From: Macrostomum lignano
Taxonomy: Eukaryota
Length of the DNA: 32,656 nucleotides
Assembly (NCBI GenBank): GCA_002269645.1
Contig: NIVC01003598.1
Coordinates: 1-32,656, forward strand
Direction of reading: 5' to 3'
Shown piece after piece: positions 21,769-32,656 of this stretch. The notes under the pieces were generated by a model. The model was not told the origin of the DNA, did no database searches, and was given only the letters and a program-made list of their open reading frames with translations. Made by a program: the position numbers and the translations under genes. The stretch's first letter is position 1; each line of letters starts with the position of its first letter.

Positions 21769-22485
21769 TCAGGCATCCCTCGCATCCTCCTGCCGCTGGC
21801 ACGACTGCTTCTGTTGCTCTATGTCTTGCTTGTCTTGCTGAACATCTGGCAGTTGTTGTTGTACTGGCGGCTGCTGCTTCTCTTTATCGCACTTTTGGGA
21901 TTGCGGAGGCAGCGGCGGCCCAACCTGAACGAAGTACGATGACAAACACGGAGTCCGTCGTCGATTACTTTGCACCGCCGCTGGAATGTCAGCGTCAGAG
22001 CCGAACCGGACCTCCACTGTCTTCCAAAACCGCGGCCGGAAGCCTCGTTTTGCAACAGAGACCGCGTTGTCGATGCAGCCGCCGACGTCTCCTGCTGAAG
22101 CGACTCGACGAAGCGGCATTGGCGACGACTTGACAACAACCTCCTCGGTGCGCTCGGTGGTGACCGCGACCGACTCCTCCTCGGTGCCAAAGCTATTGTC
22201 AGAGTCGCAGTCACAACAGCTGTTGTCAGATAAAGCAGACGCGTCGGATAACAAGCAGGCCGTGTTGTCTGCGGAGCGAGACAGCACCTCGCCGGGACCG
22301 CTGTGCTGGGACGACATTGTGGCCGCTTCGTCCTCAGCAGGTCGAGCCGACCGTGGCGACACCCAGAGCCAGAGCGAGCTGCTTCGCTCATTGTCATCTT
22401 CGGCGCTGGAATCGTCAGAGACTTCGGCGTCCTCTTCTTCCTCCTCGGTTTCCAGGTTGCAAAGGATGAATTTGGTCGATTGTTG
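21769..22485 (-). CDS. Probable terminal exon, acidic/Ser/Gln-rich, possibly of gene C
   Basis: Acceptor CTCTCCAGCTCAG| at 22486, 239 codons open to TGA at 21769-21771, GC-rich coding-like composition (QQSTKFILCNLETEEEEED...QEDARDA*). Confidence 0.6.
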   Translation of the reverse strand, partial: QQSTKFILCNLETEEEEEDAEVSDDSSAEDDNERSSSLWLWVSPRSARPAEDEAATMSSQHSGPGEVLSRSADNTACLLSDASALSDNSCCDCDSDNSFGTEEESVAVTTERTEEVVVKSSPMPLRRVASAGDVGGCIDNAVSVAKRGFRPRFWKTVEVRFGSDADIPAAVQSNRRRTPCLSSYFVQVGPPLPPQSQKCDKEKQQPPVQQQLPDVQQDKQDIEQQKQSCQRQEDARDA

Positions 22486-22947
22486 CTGAGCTGGAGAGCT
22501 CGAAGCTGATCGGCTGTTAAATGGCAAGCAAGGTTTGTCGGATATTTTATCTATGTTGTTGTGGCTGGGGGGGGGGAATTAGTTCGAAAAGGAGAATAGA
22601 CAAGAGGGCCTAGACTCGATTCTTGACCCTGAGGTCAGATTATTTTGATTGGTTTCCGGCTGGTGCAGCTTGCTTTCGATTTTGCAAAGAACGTATCAGT
22701 CATCTGATCAGTCCTGATGCAATCATGCAATCTGATGATCATGCAACTTAAGAGTCAAAGCAATAATAATAAAGGTCTCTTTAGCACGAACCAAGGACCG
22801 TAGACCCTGAATACGTTCGTCTGAGTTCTTTCCAATAGTTGGAAGATCAAATGGTTAGAAAGTATTAATAAGCAAAGTCGGGATAAAAACAAAATTTGAC
22901 TTTTTATCTTAAAGAAATCCTTGAAAAATCATGCAAAAGATGTTTAC

Positions 22948-23066
22948 CTGGCAACCAAAGCTAGTTCTGCAACCGTGTGCTCCTCCTCGACAGTGGACTT
23001 GTTGAGCCAACCAAGCACAGCAGTTCAGCATGCAAGCGATGGCAATATGATGCAGGTTGAAGGATA
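22948..23066 (-). CDS. Candidate small internal exon (119 nt)
   Basis: Pyrimidine tract plus ACAG acceptor and CAG|GTAAAC donor. Reading frame ambiguous. Confidence 0.3.
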
Positions 23067-23844
23067 CTGTTTGTACAAAGAATAAAGAATTGAAAAAAGC
23101 AAAATGATGCACGCAAAAGGTAGGAAACAGGTGAATTAAGATAGATCAGGATCAAGATGGATCAGACAGTGACTCAGATGATCATTACAGAATCACAACT
23201 GGACCAGACTCCGACTCGCCAGGCTCCAAATACGGTCCCGCTGAAAGACGGGAGCGATGAAATCGCATATTAGCGCTACGGTTCAGGTACTCGACAAAAA
23301 AACTCGACACAGCAAATGCAGTTCAAAGGTCAGATAATTTTGTAGGGGTAAAAAGGGGTAAACAAACAAACAAGTCACATGCTAGGAGGTGGGTGGCTTT
23401 ATGGTTTGGCCAGAGAGACCTTAATCTTGTAGACTCTAAGACGCCGTTTAATTAGACTAAGAGTTAATTAATTTGACTTTGACGCGAAGATGTCCAGAAG
23501 GGTGTAGTTAAGGTTATTTTGTGCACAGGTTTCCCGAATCAACTATATACTCGTAGAAGTCTCTAAGCACACAAAATGATTTTTTGTACTACACCTGGAT
23601 AAGCTTTTAATTCCAAGTACGCTCGTATTTTGTTGTTTGTTGTGCCCAGTAATCGTTTGATATCTAGATAGTATTTAATTCAATTGACCTTAAAATTTAA
23701 GTTCTCAGTGTCAAGGAGCGAGGAAGCATCCCTTCCCTCTCTGCAAGGTCAGCAAGTAAGTGGCCGGCCGTCAAAGTCAGTCCATGTTTCATTTCTCGGG
23801 ACTTCCTCGGGGTGCACAGTTGCAAAAGCCCCAAGCTGACTTAC

Positions 23845-23878
23845 CTGCTTGGCACAGCCTGCAGAGCGGTGCGACTCT
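23845..23878 (-). CDS. Candidate micro-exon (34 nt)
   Basis: TCTTTTTATTTTAG acceptor and consensus CAG|GTAAGT donor. Confidence 0.35.
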
Positions 23879-24936
23879 CTAAAATAAAAAGATTGCGTGG
23901 GGTGGTCGAAGTCGCAATACTGTTTGAAGACTTGCAAATCCAAAGTACCCCCCCCCCCGCACTGGGGAGGCGTGAGGCTTCCTAAATTTCATCTCAAATT
24001 AAGGCAATAACTTCTAGCGCTTTATTTAATTTAGACTTAAATCTCAATTAGAGTCACTGCAGATCATAAGGAGTTCTTTCTATAGAACAGTTTCTATAGA
24101 GCAGTTAAAATGAGTTACCTGAACTAATGCTGCAAGGAATCTACACAAATATTCAGAAGTGTCTTCGTTGATGAAAATTTTCCGATTTTGGATAAAATCT
24201 GACGTTCGCATGTTAAACAAAACATGCTTAGATTCTATTCGACCATGAGCACGCTTCTTCCCGAGCTAGCAATAACTTTAGAAGGTTGCTCGTAGCTTAA
24301 AAAAGGATTACCGGTACAAGCAGTCCTTTCTAGAAGCAAGCAACGCCGAAACAGCAGACAAAAAGAATTCTAGAGAACAGCCTGCTGAGCTATGAGGCTG
24401 AGAATTACTAAGTGAAGGAGAAAAACATTCGAGCCGGGAAGGAAAAAGGCAGAAGAGTTTTGCATGACCGAATGCCCGATGCGAACTTGGAAAAGTGCAG
24501 CTTTCAAAGTCTGTATAAGTGGCTTCGTTAAGTTCGGATATTTCAAATCCGGAAGCTTAGCTCGACAAGGCAACTTCATTTCTAATCCGTCATTATATTA
24601 GACGTTTTTTAGACCCCGTCCTAACTTACTTTGACTTAGCTGCAGGGGGCTCCGTGCGTCTGGAAACAGCGAGGAGGCGTTGCCGCCCATTTCGCTAACC
24701 CCTGGCCTAAAGGCATACGTATGGAACGCGGTTACTTCAGAAGGAAATTAATGGACACAAGGTGAGATGCAGAGAAGACGATAAATCGAATAACTGATTC
24801 AGAATGCAAACCGAACTCAAAAACAGTTGCATAAATACGTCATTTACCTCGGTTCTAACTAAATAACAACCAATGAACGTAACGTACAAGCCCTGAAGCC
24901 TAAAATTAGTGAGACAAAGCTACGAAAAATACTGAC

Positions 24937-25180
24937 CGCTTGATGTTGGCGCCGCATTAACGGACCAGCCGATCTGATGCTGGCTATGGTGCAGCGACTC
25001 TGCAGGGCCGCCGTACCTTCTCTGCGAATCGAGCCGATGCCGCCTGGCCTGATCGTCCAACTCTTTGTCTGGGAAGGCGCCCCGGTGCTGCACAAAGTAG
25101 GCCGCCCTCTGCTGGCCCTGGCCGGCCTGCGGCCTGTCGATGGCGGTGAAGTTCAGAGGGCCAGGTTGCTGCATCTTGTT
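24937..25180 (-). CDS. Candidate internal exon of gene C (NKMQQPGPLNFTAIDRPQ...AYFVQHRGAFPDKELDDQARRHRLDSQR...)
   Basis: GC-rich coding-like island; donors AG|GTACGG (~25011) or G|GTCAGT (24936). Acceptor position uncertain. Confidence 0.45.
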
Positions 25181-25266
25181 GGCTCAGAAATAGCAAAGTT
25201 AAATCGAAAATTTGTGTCATCTCCTTCTAATTTTGTGGATATGTGCGCATCCCTAACAATAATATA

Positions 25267-25557
25267 TGGCGCCCCTGGTGCTGGCGCCCCTGGTGCTGGC
25301 GCCCCTGGTGCTGGCGCCCCTGGTGCTGGCGCCCCTGGTGCTGGCGCCCCTGGTGCTGGCGCCCCTGGTGCTGGCGCCCCTGGTGCTGGCGCCCCTGGTG
25401 CTGGCGCCCCTGGTGCTGGCGCCCCTGGTGCTGGCGCCCCTGGTGCTGGCGCCCCTGGTGCTGGCGCCCCTGGTGCTGGCGCCCCTGGTGCTGGCGCCCC
25501 TGGTGCTGGCGCCCCTGGTGCTGGCGCCCCTGGTGCTGGCGCCCCTGGTGCTGGCGC
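25267..25557. repeat. Perfect 15-bp GC-rich minisatellite TGGCGCCCCTGGTGC x~19
   Basis: No variant units seen; lies in a predicted intron of gene C. Confidence 0.97.
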
Positions 25558-25721
25558 GCCATCTCCCGACTGCAATGAAAAATCCTGGCTACACAATCTA
25601 CTGAGTACCGCGCACATTCTACAACCTACGGGATAGCTGAATTTTTAGAAGGCAACATACGAGCGTAAAACTTGAATTTGCGGTAAAAAAGCATCTCAGA
25701 ACTGTACTACACTGGCTGTAC

Positions 25722-28700
25722 CTTGCTGGCGACAGTTGCTGCTGCTGTCGATGAGAGCCGGAGCTAGCAGCGAAGACATCGTCCTCGTCCCCGCCGCTGG
25801 ACAGCTTTGCCAGGCGAGTCTGCACCCGAGCCAGCGTGTCGTGCCGCTCCGCCCCGTCCAGCAGGTCGTCGTCCTGCAGCTGCATTTGCCGGCAGAGGCC
25901 TTCGATCTCGCTGACCGGATCGCCTGCGGTTGCTCCGCGGGACTCAGCAAGGATTCCTGCTTGTTGCAGCGAAGGCTGGCTGCCCCAGTTGGAAGGACTT
26001 TCACCGCGTTCGAAGGCAGCTTCAACGCTGCGCGGTGACGCTCGTTGATTGGGTCATCGGAGTCGTCCGTGTCGGAACCGCCGATGCGGCCGTTTCCGTT
26101 GCTACGCCGCCGGTGCCAGTCAAGCCGCTCTTCCAGTTGCTTCATCAAGTCCCGCGACTGCGGATGCAACTGGTTTCGCTGCTGCTGGTGATGCTGCTCC
26201 TGAAGTTCGGTCTGGCGCTGTGCAGAGTGCTGATTTGATTGCTCCTTGTACTCGTAAGTCTGCTTCGGCTGGTACTGATAGCGTTGCCCGTGGTGCGAAT
26301 TGCTCTGATTGCTCGGCTGCTGGGTATTTGATTGAGTTTCAATGCGATGCTGATGGTTTGGATTTTGATACTGCTGCTGAAGCTGCTCATTTTGATGCTG
26401 GCGTGGATGCTGGTGCTGATGCTGGTGCCGAGTTGGAGAATGGTACGGCTGTGACTGCGGCTGAAGAACTCCGATTGATAATCTTGCTGTGGCAGTCTGA
26501 GCAGCACTCGGGCCAACGCTAGAGTTGTCGGGAGCCCCCGGCATGTGAGTCTGAATCTGCGTGCGCGTTCGCGGAGTCGGTGCGGCGGATTTCGTCTCGT
26601 TTGCTCGCTGGATTTGATGTCGCAAAGACACAGGAGAGCCTCCTGAAGTTACCAACGCTGCAGCGGCTGCGGCTGGCACCTCCATTGGCCGCTGACGATA
26701 CGTCGGCTGCTGCTGCGACTGTTGAATGGACGACAAACTATTCGATCGCTGTCGACTGAGTGATGATTCGGCGACCGCTGCCGGCTGTTGTTGACCTCGG
26801 TTTCCGCGCGATATTGGGCGATGCTTGCCCGACGACCAGAGCTGGTTCTGCTGGTCCTGCTTTCGCGGCCGCTGAGGCTGCTGGTGGTGGTGGTAATTGT
26901 GCAGATGGTAATGCTGCTGATGAACTGGCGGCGGTGGTGGTGGTGGTGGTGGCGGTGGTGGCGGCGGCTGCGGCGCTGGAGGAGGTGGCATGAATTGCTC
27001 CTTCCTCTGGATGGGCACCACTGCAGGCGCTGGGGAAACCTGGATCTGCTTGTATAAATGGTCAGCAGAGGCCGCCTCACCTGCACTGCGCCGCTGCCTT
27101 CGTGGAGGCACTGGAGGTGCCGGTGACGTTAATTGCGGTGGCTGCTGCGGCGGTGGCTCCTGCCTCTGATACTGAAGACTGACTTGCGCAGCGTAGCGAT
27201 CAGTGCTAGGTCGATACCTATAGGCATCAGTGAGGGTCTCGCTGCCTTTTGGGTAGAGGTCGCTAGTCCGAATGGATGTCGGCAGCGAAGAGCTCTGGCT
27301 GTTTGCCGCTGTGGAGTCGCGCTGCTCCTGGTTCTGATAATGCTGGTGCTGCTTGTGCTGGTGCTCGCGCTGACCTGGCTTCTGCCGCCGAGGCTGGTGT
27401 TTGAATCTTGATATCGGTGCTGGTACTGCTGCCCGCGTTTCGGCTGGTGCTGGTGATGATTCTGGTGCCATCTGTCGTCACCAACGAGGCCGTCTACCGC
27501 TTCAAACACAGCGTCGTCATCGTCATCGTCGTCCGCTTCGTCAGCGCTGCCGCTGACTAAACGCGCGGTGGCCGTTGCCATGGCTGCAGAGTATTCCGGC
27601 GCAGGCGGAGGTAACGGGCGCTTCTTTCTTGGCCGAGAAGAGCGCTTCCTGTGCGGCAGGTATTTGTACACGTCCTCGCCTTGCTGATGCAGCTGCTCCT
27701 GCGGTGGCCTTTGAGTCTGATAACCGTTGCTACCGCCAACTGTAAGCGGACTGTTTGAATAAGTAAAAAGTTGGCGCAGCTGCTCTTCAACTTGCGACTT
27801 TGGCTGCTGCTGCTGCTGCTGCTGCTCTGCCTCCCTTTCTGGTCTGCTTTTTCGCCGCTGTGGCCATAGTTCATTATTTTCGCTTGAGTGTGCGGCTGCA
27901 CCTAATTGTACTCTGGCAGAGCTGAGGTGTACACCAGCATGGGCCGAGTTCTGCTCCGCGGGAGAGCCAACACCCCACTCCGCAGCCACCTCGAGCCCCC
28001 ACTGAGCGTCAGTCAACGGTCCTTGCTCACCCGTTGCGCGAGTGGGTCTCTGGCGCTCCGGCGGAGGTGGGTGGGGCAGCTTTCTGCGCCTCGCCGCCGG
28101 CTCCTCCTCCAACTCCTCCACCTCCACCTGCGGCCCTCGCTCCGCTACCGCAGGCTGTCGCCAGTTAAGCGACATTTGCACATGCAATCGAGTCGCATTC
28201 GCATCTTGCTTTTCCATTTCAGCTGCAGTTGCAGGTGCCTTATGTTCTGTGATCACTGCGGAAGCGGCTCGGGTTCCAGATCCGGCTCCGGTTTCGGTTC
28301 AGATTCCAGTTCCACGTCCGGCTTCATCTCTGAGCGACTGCCGCCTGAGCTTTGCGATCGACGGCGCGGCCTCAGCGGATCTCGCGGCGGCCCGCGCAGC
28401 CGCTCGAGACTCGACAGTTTGCCGCTGGGTTGCTGCAGCTGCGCCACGGGCAGGAAGGCCTCAGAGTCGGCCTGTGCTGCCCACGAGCCGTGCCGGTCCA
28501 CGGGCGCGGCCGAGGAGGAGCGCGATCTCGATGGCGACGACGATGCGCGACTGCGGTGCCGGCTCCGACGTCGCGGCGTCGACTCACCGGAAGACACGGC
28601 GGTTCGAGAGCGCGAGTCGATGACTTTGATCTTGCGTATCCGGCTAAAACGACTGGGAGCGCCGGTCGTGGCGGCGGCAGCACAGCGGCCGACATCAGCG

Positions 28701-29041
28701 GCGTTGTCTTTGCCGTCGTCGGCATCGCTGTTACCAGTGCTGGTGCCACCGCCGCAGCCAACATCGACAAGCGCATTCGGTTGCAGCTCGTCTTGAATCT
28801 GGCGCCCAATGTCGCTGAGCTGCTGCAGGTAGCGCCGCTGATCCTCCTGGCGATTTTCGCGCTCCAGGGTGTCGCCAAGGCTCGAGCTCAGCTCGGCGGC
28901 GTCCGGATCGTCGCTGTCTGCCGGCAGGTTGCCTCGGTATATCGCGTCGAGCTGGGAGGAGGCCACGCTGCTGGCTGACGGGCTGTGAGGTCGGCTACTG
29001 CTGGCCGCAGAGGCAGCCTCGTGATGGCTGACTGCCTTCAT
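25722..29041 (-). CDS. Gene C giant exon (~1100 aa), disordered Pro/Gln/His/Ser-rich scaffold-like protein, with three apparent frameshifts
   Basis: ORFs 28253..29296, 27129..28256, 25696..27471 and the frame of 25619..25885 chain into one protein if 1 nt is added near 28260, 27401 and ~26052. Acceptor TTTATTTGCAG| at 29061, ATG at 29041, donor AG|GTACAG at 25721. Confidence 0.7.
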
Positions 29042-29525
29042 GCTGACGTGCCGGGAGCCTCTGCAAATAAATGGAGCGGATGGTTTGGCGGCACTTTGAG
29101 ACGAAGGGAAGACGCCCGAAAGCTTTCGAGCTTGGAATTGCTCAGCGCCAGTGCACACAGGCTTGAACTTCGAACGGGACCAGAGTACAATAATGGCGAT
29201 ATGAGTGCAGTGAACTTCAATAGCTCGCTTTTCTTTCAACCTTCTGACCCCCCGCCGTTGCGGTTCTGCCAGAAAGCACTTTGGAAGCGTGCGCAAGCGA
29301 GCCTAATGCCTCTCACCCCTTACTTCGTTCGCTCCTGCCTACTGGCACCGCTTTTAGTGTTAAACTGCATGCTTGTACTGGTGGAGGGAGCCACCGCAGG
29401 TAACCAGGGGCAGAGAGAGAGAGAAATTCTCGAGTAGCTCATTACTAATAGTTTCTCTCGGCAGCATTCTATTCGCATTAATGAGAAAATCGAAAGAGAT
29501 TTCATAGTTTCTTCTGTGCCCAACT

Positions 29526-29557
29526 TCTCTCTTTCTCTCTCTCTCTCTCTTCTCTTT
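29526..29557. repeat. CT/GA microsatellite (similar GA runs at ~29411 and ~29945-29971)
   Basis: Read directly from the sequence. Confidence 0.75.
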
Positions 29558-30636
29558 CGCCCAGTTTGCACGGCGCCGCCTACCTTTCTAATTTGCAATT
29601 AATTATTCTATAGCCAAGAATTTGTACACATTCACACCAAATTCACGGTGCACCTCGATAGTTTTAGATTCGTTATAAAAGCAGAATATGTCAGAAACTC
29701 TCACAGCTGTCTGTCCGGTCCGACATGCAGCAACTTTGCCCAGCTGTGGGCGGTAAACTGCAGGATGTGCGGCCGATGTGCCACTGACGGGAGGATGCAT
29801 GCAAGGAGCTGCGCTAGGGGCTGCTAGGCTAGGGCTACGTTCCGGCTTTGAAATGCGTAGTTCGCGTGGCTTGGACGGGTTTTAAAGCCCCCCGAGATGG
29901 AGAGCGAGCGGAGAAACTGGACAGGGAGGGTATCCAGGAACCAAACCGAGAGAGATAGGGAGAGAGAGAGACTGGCACCCAACGCGAGACACGGAGTCCC
30001 GCAACGCCCCCAATTGCACCTCTTCCCCTTTTGTGTCATGCAGCCCCCCTTGGATTTAGCGGCAGTAGCTGAGCGCCTCTCCTAAAGCCGCAGGTGAATA
30101 TTTTTCTTTCACTTTGTCGCGGGCCCGTCTGTTCGCGAAATCATTAGCTCTGCGCGAAAAGCCGGCCTTCAAGACCAGATAACTTCAAAAAAAACGCGTT
30201 TGCGTACACTAACTGTATTTATGCAGATTGAAACTTAGGCATTGCACCTGCTAATGCACACAGCCCTTGTTATTTTTGCCTTGAGCGCCCAGTGCAGTAG
30301 GGAATCGTCTACTATCGTATATTGTGAAAACAAAGTCACTAGAAACGTCTTTAATAGAAAAGTCCTTCACGAACGAACAGAAAAATTGAGGGCATTGATA
30401 AAAAACTTCTAATACCATACTTTTAAAACTGAGCCAGGAAGCTCTTCAGCCCACATATTTCTTACCTTGCCAGACTCAATTATTGCTCTATTCCTTCAAT
30501 TACTACCCTGTAATAGAGTAGTTTACTCCCCAACCTTCAGCAGTCTTCATGGCTGGGATATACTGGAGACAAAAAGAGGAAAGAGGGTTGGCTGAAGATC
30601 GCTTCCTGCCCTCTCATCTTCTTTACCTTGCAGCCT

Positions 30637-31106
30637 GTCACTCACTGACCTTCTGCAGTCCTCAATCCTGCAGCCATGTCACTCACTGACCTTCTGCAGT
30701 CCTCAATCCTGCAGCCATGTCACTCACTGACCTTCTGCAGTCCTCAATCCTGCAGCCATGTCACTCACTGACCTTCTGCAGTCCTCAATCCTGCAGCCAT
30801 GTCACTCACTGACCTTCTGCAGTCCTCAATCCTGCACCAATGTTACTCACTGACCTTCTGAAGTCCTCAATCCTGCACCATGTCACTCACTGACCTCTGA
30901 AGTCCTCAATCTACAGCCATGTCCACCCCGAACTTCTGTAGTCGCCAATCCTACAGCCATGTCACTCCCCGAACTTCTGTAGTCGCAATCCTACAGCCAT
31001 GTCACTCCCCGAACTTCTGTAGTCGCCAATCCTACAGCCATGTCACTCACTGACCCTCTGTAGTCCTCAATCCTGCAGCAAGGTCACTCCCCGAACTTCT
31101 GCAGTC
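30637..31106. repeat. Tandem repeat, 41-bp unit x~11.5, two subtypes
   Basis: GTCACTCACTGACCTTCTGCAGTCCTCAATCCTGCAGCCAT at 30637, 30678 and onward; later units read GTCACTCCCCGAACTTCTGTAGTCGCCAATCCTACAGCCAT. Confidence 0.95.
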
Positions 31107-32151
31107 TCAGACGTCAGCAAATGACAGGACTCCTTGTCTCCTTGATGGTAGCTTGCCTTCTATCGCCTTGATTTGCGGTGTCCAAAGCCCCCCTGCAAAC
31201 TAACTGACACTCCCTCACACCTGTATACCTCTGACCCCCTGCACCTGACCCTTCAGAGTGAACTTCGCACCACTCTTACCTCTGAGCCTAATGAACTATC
31301 TGACGGTAACGAAGCAGCGCTTATGTAAAAACATTTCAGAGGTGGGAATTTGAGAATGTTTATTCATAGCTTCTTAGTTAATACGTCGTAAGTCACAGCT
31401 CGCGTGCAAACCCACTTTGACCGGCAGAATGCAAATCTGATAAACTGCGCTAAATAAACCCTTGGAGAGCGCGGAACGAAAACTCGAGAACAGAATATTC
31501 CAGCGATTATTGTCGACAAAAGAAAATAAATTCAACCAAAACTGGCCTTTCGTACGAAGGCGCAGTGAAGGTGAAAAATAAACAAATTTTCCCACAGTTC
31601 GATAAGACACAGACGTCGATCAGTTTATCAAGATCTTAGAAATGCAACGAACCTTTTTCGGCAGTCTCAAGAAAGTGCAGGCTTCGGTGGAAGTGCTACT
31701 GGTTGATTAAGGCTGGCTGACGTAGCAAGCTAGACGAAGCACTAAGCAGGTGTGTACGCTGCAACTGCACCAATGGAGCCGATGATGCACTAACCGGATT
31801 TGTGACCCTCGGGCGGGCAAGCAGGCACAGATGGGATGGAAAACGCGGGATCCCCAACTGTTCTGTTTATCCCTGGAAAGACTGGTGCAGAACAGAGTTT
31901 GGGGGGAAATTTTCCCTACCTCAGTGGAAAACAACGACAGTCCGATTCAGTTTTGGATTATTTCGGAGACCCACCTGACTTTATTTAAGTTTGCTTATAA
32001 GGTGTGTGTAGACCTGGCCAGAATGCCAGACTCTTATTGGATCGACGAATAGTTCCCTTTTAACTGACCGTGTTGATTTTTATCGTTATAGATCGATAGA
32101 TATTTTTGCTGAACATTCAGATTGTGAAATCAGCATAAGATGGGACATTCA

Positions 32152-32656
32152 GGTTGTCAAATTAGCTGGAGACGGGGTCTTCGGGTTGTCAAATTAGCTG
32201 GAGACGGGTCTTCGGGTTGTCAAATTAGCTGGAGACGGGTCTTTGGGTTGTCAAATTAGCTGGAGACGGGGTCTTCGGGTTGTCAAATTAGCTGGAGACG
32301 GGGTCTTCGGGTTGTCAAATTAGCTGGAGACCCGGGGTCTTCGGTTGTCAAATTAGCTGGAGACGGGGTCTTCGGGTTGTCAAATTAGCTGGAGACGGGT
32401 CCTCGGTTGTCAAATTAGCTGGAGACGGGGTCCTGGGTAGTCAAATTAGCTGGAGACGGGGTCTTCGGGTTGTCAATTAGCTGGAGACGGGGTCCTCGGT
32501 TGTCAAATTAGCTGGAGACGGGGTCCTCGGGTAATCAAATTAGCTGGAGACGGGGTCTTCGGGTTGTCAAATTAGCTGGAGACGGGGTCTTCGGGTAGTC
32601 AATTAGCTGGAGACGGGGTCTATCGGGTTGTCAAATTAGCTGGAGACGGGGTCCTC
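32152..32656. repeat. Satellite, ~32-bp unit GGGTTGTCAAATTAGCTGGAGACGGGGTCTTC x~16, running off the window
   Basis: Read directly; units vary mainly by homopolymer indels. Confidence 0.97.

Noticed and set aside
25153-25636. GAPAP, RQHQG, WRPWC and APLVL repeat ORFs
   Set aside because: All are frames of the same 15-bp array.
25736-28978. Many plus-strand ORFs (for example 26049..26522, 27906..28796, 28352..28978)
   Set aside because: Antisense shadows of the GC-rich gene C exon.
6736-32656. Tandem arrays as CRISPR arrays
   Set aside because: Units are contiguous with no unique spacers, there are no cas genes, and the context is eukaryotic.

Overview
Repeat-rich animal genomic DNA with no prokaryotic features. 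The low-complexity exons, short introns and transposon families resemble a free-living flatworm such as Macrostomum lignano; this is recalled similarity, not a search result. Candidate host genes: (A) a 3-exon plus-strand gene ending in a poly-Q exon (1961-6375), whose second intron holds a 2.24-kb solo LTR with 10-bp terminal inverted repeats and a 4-bp TSD; (B) an intronless, atypical class A GPCR (13486-14577); (C) a minus-strand gene with a ~3.3-kb Pro/Gln/His-rich exon broken by three apparent 1-nt deletions (29041-25722), plus further probable exons down to 21769. Mobile DNA: two decayed RTE-type LINE fragments, Gypsy integrase remnants, a Tc1-like HTH remnant, an internally deleted P-element (intact THAP ORF joined out of frame to the transposase C-terminus), and a Crypton-type tyrosine recombinase C-terminus inside a cluster of hairpins and CCATAGA motifs. 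There are at least seven unrelated tandem arrays (15, 17, 20, 32, 41, 42 and 77 bp units). No tRNA, rRNA or CRISPR array was seen. All homology calls come from motif recognition by eye.
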